Source of the DNA: Verrucomicrobiota bacterium | GTDB taxonomy: Bacteria > Verrucomicrobiota > Verrucomicrobiia > JAWXBN01 > JAWXCD01 | DNA length: 64,000 bases | Reading direction: 5' to 3' | Assembly (NCBI GenBank): GCA_034440535.1 | Contig: JAWXCD010000004.1 | Coordinates: forward strand, 2,803-66,802 | Shown: piece after piece, positions 41,986 to 50,489 of the stretch | Numbering within the stretch: the first letter of the stretch is position 1 | Layout of the letters: the number at the start of each line of letters is the position of its first letter | Position numbers and translations under genes: made by a program | The notes under the pieces: model-generated | What the model saw: the letters and a program-made list of their open reading frames with translations, nothing else | The model's database searches: none | Told to the model about the DNA's origin: nothing

Positions 41986-42468
41986 GAACCATCGTTATTA
42001 AGGTCTTTGGTTAAGAGAGGAAGCTAATTTTGTTTCTTTGATCTTAATGTGATAAGGCGCAGACAGGTTCTTCACCAAGGTTAAGCCAACTGATCTCCTC
42101 GGGAGAAAGCGTAATATCCAAGGCAAGGAGTCGATGTCAAACTTTTACCGAGCACTGGGGAACTTTATGTTTTGGCGTGTTCTGGAAACCGGTTGGCCAT
42201 AGAACGCGCCATGCGACGACGGCAACTCAAGAAACTCTGGGCCCGCCTAGCGGAATTAAAGAAAATGACGATCCCGCGAGATGCGTTGACGCTAAAACTT
42301 GGAGCGGCCTGCTTTCGACTTCATAAGAAAAACAAAACAGCGCCCGTAGTGAAGACCTTTGGTCAAAATTTCAAGCATCACGAGAGAGGGCTACCAAAAT
42401 ATCCATCCAGTAGCGAAAGTCGGGTTAGGACACCCATGTGTATCACCCAGAGGGACAGAGATTGAGAA

Positions 42469-42870
42469 TTATGGTGTGGCCCTATTCCCGATATCGAGTA
42501 GGTGCCCTTCAGGAAATGTGAGTGTCATGGAAGCGGGAGATATTTTGGGGGCATATTGCACACGGTCAACCGTCCCATTTTTATCCAGAGAAATCAAATA
42601 CTCAGCCCTAAAGGTCATTGGCATGGTGGGATTTTTTCCTGCAATGGTTCCCCACACACCCGGGCGTGCAAAGAGACCAGTGACTATTGTCACTTCAATT
42701 TTAGGAGGGAGTGTCCCGGTGGATTTGACGTATTGGTCACGAAACCAAGGGATAAGTGTTTCAGCCCAGATCCGTTGACCAGCAGGGTTTTTGGCTCCCA
42801 TGCGCATACTGAGGATTTTGCTGATAAAGACAGGGTAATTGGGCCGAAAGACAAGCTGTCCATAGTCGAA
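42469..42870 (-). pseudogene. 5'-truncated gene of unknown function whose open frame runs into the repeat array
   Basis: frame stays open upstream of the listed ATG (42807) through 42870 with no start codon before the repeats; encodes '...MRMGAKNPAGQRIWAETLIPWFRDQYV...'. Confidence 0.35.
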
Positions 42871-43011
42871 AAAAATTAGGGACAGAAAAAAATTAGGGAC
42901 AGGCTATTAGTCGTTGTGCCCGAGGGACAAAAAAAATTAGGGACAGGCTATTAGTCGTTGTGCCCGAGGGACAAAAAAAATTAGGGACAGGCTATTAGTC
43001 GTTGTGCCCGA
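42869..43011 (+). repeat. contiguous array of about 3.5 ~45-nt REP-like units, 'AAAAAAATTAGGGACAGGCTATTAGTCGTTGTGCCCGAGGGACA'
   Basis: direct reading: unit repeated head-to-tail at 42869-42886 (partial), 42887-42930, 42931-42976, 42977-43011 (partial end); no spacers. Confidence 0.9.
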
Positions 43012-43181
43012 AATCTGAAGGGCAAACTATTTTTCATTTATGGAAGACGTCTGGCAGATTACCAATGGAGCCGAATATAAGCGGCGAAGATGAGTCCGAT
43101 GTCATCCTAGGGAAAGCAGGATTAAAAGAAAAAACCGTTCCCAGTGTTGTTTTGATCCTCTTTTGATGCTAACAATGTCCT

Positions 43182-43466
43182 ATGCACAGCCTTCTTGAAG
43201 TCAAAGCCTTGGAACACTTCCAGCTCTGGCTCCGTTACGATGACGGAACACAGGGAGCCGTAGATGTTTCCTCCTATGCCTCTCAGCCAGTGTTTGCCTG
43301 CTGGCATAATCCCGGTGGCTTTGAGGCCGCCCACAAGGGGGAAGGGGGATCAGTTGAATGGAGTGAATCGGCAGACTTGTGTGCGGATGCCCTTTATTTG
43401 AAATTAACCGGACGTCGCCCCGAAGACATTTTTCCCGCACTTAAAAAGGTGACTGTTCATGCCTGA
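43182..43466 (+). CDS. DUF2442-family protein
   Basis: 'LEVKALEHFQLWLRYDDGTQGAVDVS' resembles DUF2442 consensus; 8-nt overlap with following DUF4160 gene (typical pair). Confidence 0.7.
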   Translation: MHSLLEVKALEHFQLWLRYDDGTQGAVDVSSYASQPVFACWHNPGGFEAAHKGEGGSVEWSESADLCADALYLKLTGRRPEDIFPALKKVTVHA

Positions 43467-43719
43467 AATCAGCCGTTTCTTTGGCATCATCATCCGCATG
43501 TATCATGACGACCACGCACCGCCCCACTTCCATGCTGATTACGCCGAATGTAAGGCCGTTATCGACATTCGCACCCTGATGGTGTTGCAAGGGAATATGC
43601 CCGCACGGGCCCTAGGCATGGTCACAGAATGGGCTACCCTTCACCAAGGCGAATTGCTCGCCTTCTGGGACCGCGCCCAATCTGGCCAACCCCTCGAAAA
43701 GATTCCCCCTCTGGCCTGA
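43459..43719 (+). CDS. DUF4160-family protein
   Basis: 'ISRFFGIIIRMYHDDHAPPHFHADYAECKAVIDI' is the hallmark DUF4160 N-terminus. Confidence 0.8.
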   Translation: MPEISRFFGIIIRMYHDDHAPPHFHADYAECKAVIDIRTLMVLQGNMPARALGMVTEWATLHQGELLAFWDRAQSGQPLEKIPPLA

Positions 43720-44050
43720 TTTTTCCTTTTAGCCGTCTCACAGAATTGAAAGTTTGTATCCCTTCGCGCATCTTTTTTTGCAGCTGATATCATCGGCGTT
43801 TCCTCTAAAACAGAGTCAACGGTGTCCTCAAAGGGGACAGACAAATTATTGGTCATTTAAAAGCCATTTTCTACGTTTCCTGTTTTTGTACTATCCATAA
43901 ACCCTATGATCAGAATGCGATCATTAAAATGTAAGGAATTTTCCTTCGAAGTATTGAATCAAAGCATCAAAGCCATGTCTGGGCTGGCCAAGGCATTTCG
44001 AAGGCAAGAAAATGCCCCGTGTTATCCGCCTCTCTGTTTGCTTAAAACTT

Positions 44051-44449
44051 CTAAATCTGGCCCGGGTATCCAATCGTACTCATCTTTAAGTCCCGGAGTG
44101 TCATTATATCCACATCGTCCGCTGCGTGTCTGATTCGACGGGCTCCGGTTTCACGGTTCTTGCCAAACCACTTCCGGTTCTTTTCGAAAACTTTCTCCAC
44201 AAACGCTTCGGTTCCGATGGCAACGCCATCACTAAAGTATCGCACTCGGCACATAAGCAGTTGTCCCAAAGACAGTTTTCCCTCTGAATCCACAACTTTC
44301 CGAACCTCCTCTCGGTCTATCCCGCACCGCATCCGGGGTTGACCGTCATGTGCCGCTCGCGGAGCGTCTTTCGTCTCTGTGCTTTCCGCTACTAAATACA
44401 TGTGCACCCGATACCTTGCCATCTTGTGCTCTGTCTTTCGCAGGTCCAC
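44051..44449 (-). pseudogene. internally deleted COG1943 (IS200-like / REP-associated-type) transposase remnant
   Basis: N-terminal 'MARYRVHMYLV' resembles 'MARP.RIEYPGA.YHVM' starts of this family; C-terminal 'RVRYFSDGVAIGTEAFVEKVFEKNRK' resembles the '...RYRQFVEEG...ILGGEEFLERMK' tail; HuH/Tyr catalytic core absent. Confidence 0.45.
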
Positions 44450-44465
44450 CGCGCACTTTTCCAGA

Positions 44466-44490
44466 ACTAATAGCCTGTCCCTAAGTTTTT
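44466..44490 (-). repeat. single inverted copy of the REP-like unit core (rc = AAAAAACTTAGGGACAGGCTATTAGT)
   Basis: 25/26 nt identical to the array unit at 42887, in reverse complement, 17 nt upstream of the transposase remnant start. Confidence 0.8.
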
Positions 44491-44746
44491 TGTGCGTCCG
44501 GCCCCAAAATACAACTTATCCCATAGCCACGGCTGCGGAATAAGTTGTTTAAATGTCCATCCATTTTAGGTGACCATCCATCTCAAAAAGCCAAAAGATA
44601 AACCTGAGGTTACCAATGCCATCACAACATCGCCCAACCCATACGACATCCCCGAGCAAAATGGACAGTCTTAATCTGGAATTATGCCCAAAACCATACG
44701 ACGCCAATTGTGAGTTTCGATATGATGTTAATTATGAAAATAACAG

Positions 44747-45199
44747 TTACACCCAATCTTTACCTTGGCCGATTTCCATTACTTTCAGTTTTAGCAGGTC
44801 AATCCCTTGCGCGTTCCCGCCTTTGTCTTTTAATAGATCAAGACTACGTAAAAGAAGGCTAAAAAGGAGTCGCCTCCTTTGATGTTCATTAGCAATTTTA
44901 AAGTCTGAATATCTGATTACCAAACGGAAATCCATATCCCTCTTTTTCTTGAAAAATTTAATAACTTCAGAGAAATCTGAATCGTCCCTTAGAATAACTA
45001 TACAATCCCAAGCGTCTACACCAATATCGTATGTTTGTTTTTCAATATCCCCATTGATCACTGCCTCTAGATCTTTTCTGACAGGTTGAAAAACGTCAAC
45101 TATGTCCGCTTGAGTTTCAGTGCCGATCCATAATTTCATATTAATAATCCGATTTGTTAAACGCAGGTCTATTGCCGCCATGATTAGATTTATGGTCAC
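44747..45199 (-). CDS. hypothetical protein, possible barstar-like immunity protein
   Basis: 'EAVINGDIEKQTYDIGVDAWDCIVIL' echoes barstar 'KAVINGEQI...YYGENLDALWDCLTG'; alternative start 'MKLWIG' at 45139 would sit 1 nt after the upstream fragment stop. Confidence 0.35.
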   Translation of the reverse strand: MTINLIMAAIDLRLTNRIINMKLWIGTETQADIVDVFQPVRKDLEAVINGDIEKQTYDIGVDAWDCIVILRDDSDFSEVIKFFKKKRDMDFRLVIRYSDFKIANEHQRRRLLFSLLLRSLDLLKDKGGNAQGIDLLKLKVMEIGQGKDWV

Positions 45200-45467
45200 G
45201 GATTTTTTCTGTTTGCCATTTGTGCATTTCCTTTTTTGTGCCGGAAGTCTCTTTCACATATTCGAGGTTATTATCTTTTAAATATTTTTTCGAGTATCTT
45301 TTTTGCTTTCCGGACCCAAATTTATCTTCCCCACGAGTGGTTTCTCCAAACTTTTTCACCTCTCCAGTATCCCGTTCCCTGAGCGTGTATCCTTCGGCTG
45401 GTTTGTCATCTAACTTATCCCCATGCGTTTTGGATTTTTCAACCGGCGATTGAACCTCTTTTCCGAT
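45141..45467 (-). pseudogene. start-less basic C-terminal ORF fragment (possible orphan toxin C-terminal module)
   Basis: frame open from the in-frame TAA at 45468-45470 down to the stop at 45141-45143, with no ATG. Only a GTG at 45359. Lys-rich sequence with 'EMHKWQTEKIRDHKSNHGGN'. Confidence 0.25.
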
Positions 45468-45800
45468 TTATTTTGAACTCCCACTCGGACTATCTCCAGC
45501 TGCCCGGAGTTTATTCCAACACAGGTTTACGTAGGTAGGAAAAATTGGGAAAAGGGAATCGGCGAAGACGCCGAAGAACAGACAGGATTGTCTATTCCAC
45601 ATTGGGCGTAGGTGCTGGATCATGCCAAGCAAAACTCGGTCAGAGATGCGACTTTTCAACCAAGGGGAATCTGGTTATGGTCTGCTTCAATTTTCTGTCG
45701 ATGAAACATGTTAGACTTAAAGACTATTTGAAACTCCGACTTTTTCAAGTTTCTTGGTTTTATGCATATTTCCTAATGAGATGAAAGTGAAACAAAACTT

Positions 45801-46244
45801 ATGTTGAAACCTTATCGTATTTACATCTGCCTCCTATTGATCATGAGCATTTTGTCGGGTGCCGGGGCATATATCGGGTGCCGGTTTTTTCATGTGAAGG
45901 AAGTGACGCTCGACGCGCACCAATGGTTGCATGAAAAATTAAAACTGACCGCGGAGCAGGAACGACAATTAATCCCCATTGAGAAGAGTTTTGCTCAGAG
46001 GGACACGGATCTTCGGGAAAAGGTCGCTCTTGCAAACATGAAACTTGGCCAGGCCATTAGCGAAGATAAAGCGCTTACTCCGCGAGTGACAAGCATTCTG
46101 AAGGAGACTCAGGACCTCCATGCGCAACTTCAGCAACTGACTCTTGAGCACGTCTTTGACATGGCTTCGGTGCTCTCCCCAGAACAAAAAGAAAAGCTTT
46201 ATAATATCACTGCCACTGCCCTTTTCCGCGGCCAAGGAAAATAA
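45801..46244 (+). CDS. membrane-anchored periplasmic LTXXQ-motif protein (CpxP/Spy/ZraP/CnrX-like metal-stress sensor family)
   Basis: N-terminal TM, then 'LTAEQERQL' and 'LSPEQKEKL' LTXXQ-like motifs in helical repeats. Confidence 0.65.
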   Translation: MLKPYRIYICLLLIMSILSGAGAYIGCRFFHVKEVTLDAHQWLHEKLKLTAEQERQLIPIEKSFAQRDTDLREKVALANMKLGQAISEDKALTPRVTSILKETQDLHAQLQQLTLEHVFDMASVLSPEQKEKLYNITATALFRGQGK

Positions 46245-46248
46245 GGCC

Positions 46249-46791
46249 ATGGACCAGGACACGGCGTGGATTGAACAGATCAAGCAAGGTGATTACGCCG
46301 CTTTAAACTCATTAATGGAAAAGTACAACGCTCCGCTGTACTACTTTATTTATCGGTTCATTCATGACGAGCACGAGGCGCGGGATGTGTTGCAGGAGAC
46401 TTTTGTGAAGGTCTATTTTCGGGCGGCGTCATTTAAGCCGGGGTACACCGTTAGAACATGGATATATTCAATCGCGGCCAACCTGTGTCGTGATCATTAC
46501 CGACGCAAGCAAACGCTCCTAGAAAGATCACTGACAACCTTGGAGGATTGGAGCTTATTGCCTGGAAAAGAATTGTCTCCTTCTCAAACTGTGGAGCAAA
46601 GTGAATTTGCGAACCACGTGCAGAAGGCCATCGATTCATTGTCACCCGAACTCAAGTTGGCTTTTGTATTGAGCGTGTTTGACGGAATGAGTCACAAGGA
46701 ATGTGGTAAGGTATTAGGCAAAACGGCAAAAGCAGTGGAACGGATGGTCTCCCGAGCGCGCCAAAAATTGCAAGCGATTTTAGGAGAATAA
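46249..46791 (+). CDS. ECF-type RNA polymerase sigma-70 factor
   Basis: region 2 'LYYFIYRFIHDEHEARDVLQETFVKVY', region 4 'VFDGMSHKECGKVLGKTAKAVERMVSRARQKL'; true start ATG at 46249 (listed ORF starts earlier inside preceding gene). Confidence 0.85.
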   Translation: MDQDTAWIEQIKQGDYAALNSLMEKYNAPLYYFIYRFIHDEHEARDVLQETFVKVYFRAASFKPGYTVRTWIYSIAANLCRDHYRRKQTLLERSLTTLEDWSLLPGKELSPSQTVEQSEFANHVQKAIDSLSPELKLAFVLSVFDGMSHKECGKVLGKTAKAVERMVSRARQKLQAILGE

Positions 46792-46833
46792 AAAATATAG
46801 GGGGATAATATAAGGCACTTCGTAAGAGTAAGT

Positions 46834-48123
46834 ATGAAACAATTTTTCCGAACGACTTCGCTTTGTCTTTTCCTGACTGCAGTAAATGGACTTATGGCGC
46901 ATGAAGAACCCGCGCATGCGGAATCAGCCCATGGAGTTCCCGCCACAACTTATTCCTCAGTGCCGCAGGCATGGCAGAGTTTGACGACCGCCGTGACTGA
47001 AACAACTAAGGCTCTCGCTTCACAAAACCTGGATTCAATTCATCACCAGGCGGGGACAATGACCGCTGCGGGTCAATACCTGCAGAAGAATAGCTCGATG
47101 GTGACCGGCGATAAACAAGTTCGGCTTGCCAGTGCATTAAAACAATTCTTGCAGATTACTGATCATTTCCATCATGCTGCCGATGATAAGGACAAGGTCC
47201 GGGCTGAGAGTGAACTTAAAAAATTGAACGGAGCACTACTGCTCATTAAAGCTCAATACCCCGCTGGTTTATTGGATGAACCAACCCCAACAAAAGACGC
47301 CGTGTCTACAGCTGGACATGGCCAATCACATGCTCAAGTCGTGCCGAGTTCGACTCCTCTGCAAATGGAAGTCAAGTCCGCCCCCTTGTTGGTACCGGGG
47401 AAGGAGTCCACGGTGACTGTGACTTTAAAAACACAGGAGGGGAAAGTGTTATCGTATGCGGATCTCAATACCAGTCACACCGAGAAACTTCATATGCTCA
47501 TAATTGATCAGACGCTTACGGAATATTTTCATATCCATCCCCGCGAGGAAAAGGGAGTGGCTCAATTTAAAATTAAACCGACATTACCTGGTCCTTACTT
47601 AGTTTGGGCCGACATCGTGCCCAAGAGCACCGGTGAACAACAATACGTTCGTGGGGAGTTAATTTCAGCACAGAAGTCCACCGGCATTATTAATAAGACT
47701 TTGAAAATGACCGATGAAATTGACGGATACAAATTCACGATGACGATGACCGCAACGCCTACAGCCGGGAGCATGGGGGAAGGCAAATTTTCTGTATTTG
47801 ACGCCAAAGGTAAACCAGTGACTTTTCTTGAACCCATCATGGGAGCATACGCGCACATTGTAGGGTTCAATGAAGATCGAACATCGATTGCGCATATTCA
47901 TCCAATGGGTGCTGAACCCACTAAACCGACTGACCGCGGAGGTCCAGACTTAACGTTTCATTTTGGACCTGAAAAACCTGGATATTACAAATTATTTGGT
48001 CAAGTTAAGATCAAAGGAAAAGAGTACTTTGCAGATTTTGGGCTCTTAGTATCGCCTAGCGAAGAGAAATCCAAAGCACCTTCTTCTCCAGTGCCTCAAG
48101 AGGCAAAGCCTCATCATCATTAA
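46834..48123 (+). CDS. hypothetical periplasmic His-rich protein (putative metal-binding), ends in HHH
   Basis: signal peptide; repeated H-x-H motifs ('FHIHP', 'IAHIHPMG'), C-terminal 'KPHHH'; context in metal efflux cluster. Confidence 0.5.
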   Translation: MKQFFRTTSLCLFLTAVNGLMAHEEPAHAESAHGVPATTYSSVPQAWQSLTTAVTETTKALASQNLDSIHHQAGTMTAAGQYLQKNSSMVTGDKQVRLASALKQFLQITDHFHHAADDKDKVRAESELKKLNGALLLIKAQYPAGLLDEPTPTKDAVSTAGHGQSHAQVVPSSTPLQMEVKSAPLLVPGKESTVTVTLKTQEGKVLSYADLNTSHTEKLHMLIIDQTLTEYFHIHPREEKGVAQFKIKPTLPGPYLVWADIVPKSTGEQQYVRGELISAQKSTGIINKTLKMTDEIDGYKFTMTMTATPTAGSMGEGKFSVFDAKGKPVTFLEPIMGAYAHIVGFNEDRTSIAHIHPMGAEPTKPTDRGGPDLTFHFGPEKPGYYKLFGQVKIKGKEYFADFGLLVSPSEEKSKAPSSPVPQEAKPHHH

Positions 48124-48141
48124 CTTGGTGATTCTGAATTC

Positions 48142-49398
48142 ATGAAAGTTTGCCTCTCCACTTTGATTGTTATATTTGCCCTTGCTCAATCCATACATGC
48201 AGGATCGGGGGAGGAAGTAATTTCTGATGAAAAAACACTCACATTGGAGCAGGTACTCAATCATGCTGTTAAAAAAAGTCCTGAAATTTTAAAGGTTCGC
48301 CGGGATTTATTAACCCGACTTGCGGAGGCCACGGACGTGCAGACACCCGAAAGTCCCGAGGTTCAAGTCGACTACCTGCAACCTACTGGGGACATTGGCG
48401 AGGAGGAAAGCCCCTCAAGCGTGGATTTTGAATTCACCATGCCATTACGAATTTCCTACTTTGGAGTACGTCAAGCGTACGCCTCCGCGTTAAAAGACGT
48501 GGCGCGTCAAGAGAATCAAGCAGCGGTATACGCGGGTCTGAATAATGTGACGCTCGCTTATTACAGATTATGGGCTTTGGAACAAAGGATGGCCTATCTG
48601 GAAAATGCCGAGGCTCTGTCCAAGGATATCATCATCCGCATTCAAGCTCGCAAGGACGAAGTGCCAGAGCAACAGGCTTTGCTTTTTGAAGCTGAAGCTT
48701 ACCGGTTTGGAGCAGAAGCTGGAGCCGCGCGCGCTCAGATACTTGAAGCGCATCAGGAAATCATTCGTATGACAGGCTTGCCTTATTCCGGAATAAAAAC
48801 AGTGCGCCCCATGTTTGTTCCCGTGCCGCTTAATGAATCACAGCTCAAACAGTTTGCCCGTAGTCGCTCAGGTATGCGGCAGCTTATTCAAGCTCGGACA
48901 CGCGCAGCGGATCGCGCACTTGATGTCGCACGATTGGACGTTATCCCCGAGTTCTCACCTCGATTTTTATATGAATGGTCTGAGGCTGAAGAAGAAAAAA
49001 GATGGGGCGTGGGCGTGGCAGTGAAAATTCCATTTTTGAATCAGAACAAAGCTGAAATCCAAAAAGCCCGCGCTGAAGTTGACCTCGCGCACGCAGAAGA
49101 AAAAGCGTTTCAAACGATTAGTTTGGATCGCCTCATTGAAATGCGTGTCCGCACCGCGCGTGCCTTTCAGACACGTGCCGATTCTTATTGGACGAAAATT
49201 TTGCCAGCGTATCGCAAACTTTATTTGGTGACCCTGATCAATTTCGAGGCGGGTACAGCAACAGTTTTAGATGTGCGCGATGCACAAACTCGTTTGTTAG
49301 ACGCGGAAAATCAGGCTCTGCAAAATACAATAGAATCTCTCTCTGCTCGGGCCTTACTCGAACAACTTTTGGGCGGGAAAATTGAGGAGATCAAATGA
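48142..49398 (+). CDS. outer membrane efflux protein (TolC/CzcC family)
   Basis: signal peptide, two helical repeats typical of OMF, position directly upstream of adaptor and RND pump. Confidence 0.75.
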   Translation: MKVCLSTLIVIFALAQSIHAGSGEEVISDEKTLTLEQVLNHAVKKSPEILKVRRDLLTRLAEATDVQTPESPEVQVDYLQPTGDIGEEESPSSVDFEFTMPLRISYFGVRQAYASALKDVARQENQAAVYAGLNNVTLAYYRLWALEQRMAYLENAEALSKDIIIRIQARKDEVPEQQALLFEAEAYRFGAEAGAARAQILEAHQEIIRMTGLPYSGIKTVRPMFVPVPLNESQLKQFARSRSGMRQLIQARTRAADRALDVARLDVIPEFSPRFLYEWSEAEEEKRWGVGVAVKIPFLNQNKAEIQKARAEVDLAHAEEKAFQTISLDRLIEMRVRTARAFQTRADSYWTKILPAYRKLYLVTLINFEAGTATVLDVRDAQTRLLDAENQALQNTIESLSARALLEQLLGGKIEEIK

Positions 49399-50486
49399 GT
49401 CGTCTGTTTTGTTTCTTGGTTATCACTGCGGCGTTCATTTCGGTTACCGTGTACGGGCACGAAGGCCATGTTCATGGTCCAGAGTTGACAGATCAACCTG
49501 CAGCCACTACTAACGCCGCGGCTAGCCCTGGGGCTATTGTATTGGCCGAAACGTCGATTATTAATCTCCAGGTTGAAACTGTGATCGCACAGATTGCAAC
49601 CTTGGAAAAAGTTTTAGAAATACCCGCGCGGTTGGAGTATCTGCCTGAAAAACACGCGGTTCTTACAGCGCGATTTGAAGGGAAAGTGTCGCGCATTCAC
49701 GTCAAACAAGGACAGGCCGTGAGTTTAGGGGATCCCGTAATGACGCTCGATCCGGTGTCTATTGGAAATCCTCCCGTGATATTACGCTCCAGACTTTCCG
49801 GTCATGTGGCATCTGTGAATGCGATTATAGGCCAAGCTTTTACTCCGGAAACTATTTTAGCAGAAGTCGGTGATTCCTCCGTTTTACTTGCGAAAGGATC
49901 GGCATACGAAATAAATGCTCTGCATAAAGTGGAATTAGGGAGTCTGGCGACATTAAAAGTTGAAATGTTTCCGGACGCTATTTTTAACGGCAAAATAACG
50001 CGCAAAGATATTGGAGTCGGGCCAGAGAATCGAGTGGCCGAGCTTTACGTGGGTGTGGAGAATGCTTCGCTTCAACTGTTGCCTTACACTTCAGGAACAC
50101 TGTTTGTCCAGACGGAATCAATTCCCGGAATTTTAAGTGTTCCTCGGCGAGCCGTTTTGGGTGAAATCGGCAATTTATTTGTTTTTGTTCGTAACGGGAA
50201 TTCATTTGAACGGCGTACAGTCGTTTTGGGAATAAAATCAGGTGAGCTTGTGGAGGTTTTGGAAGGCGTGTTCCCCGGAGAAAATGTCGTGGTTAAAGGA
50301 AATTATCAATTGCAGTATCTCAACCCGTCCGCGGTGGCTCCCGTTGTCGCTGAAGAACAAACGCGTTCGTGGTTCTGGTGGATCATTGCGGGCGTGGTGA
50401 CGGGGGCCGCTCTCCTACTGATAGGACTCTATCGAAAGCGGCCTGAGCTTTTCCGACAGGTGCAAATTTTTCACAGGAAAAAATAA
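49395..50486 (+). CDS. efflux RND transporter periplasmic adaptor subunit (CzcB/CusB-like) with His-rich N-terminus
   Basis: 'HEGHVHGPE' metal-site-like N-terminus, biotinyl/lipoyl and beta-barrel segments, 4-nt overlap with OMF gene. Confidence 0.8.
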   Translation: MSRLFCFLVITAAFISVTVYGHEGHVHGPELTDQPAATTNAAASPGAIVLAETSIINLQVETVIAQIATLEKVLEIPARLEYLPEKHAVLTARFEGKVSRIHVKQGQAVSLGDPVMTLDPVSIGNPPVILRSRLSGHVASVNAIIGQAFTPETILAEVGDSSVLLAKGSAYEINALHKVELGSLATLKVEMFPDAIFNGKITRKDIGVGPENRVAELYVGVENASLQLLPYTSGTLFVQTESIPGILSVPRRAVLGEIGNLFVFVRNGNSFERRTVVLGIKSGELVEVLEGVFPGENVVVKGNYQLQYLNPSAVAPVVAEEQTRSWFWWIIAGVVTGAALLLIGLYRKRPELFRQVQIFHRKK

Positions 50487-50489
50487 TTC

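Noticed and set aside
42869-43011. Possible CRISPR array (regular ~45-nt repeats)
   Set aside because: Units are contiguous head-to-tail with no spacers, and no cas genes are nearby. It behaves as a REP-like tandem repeat.
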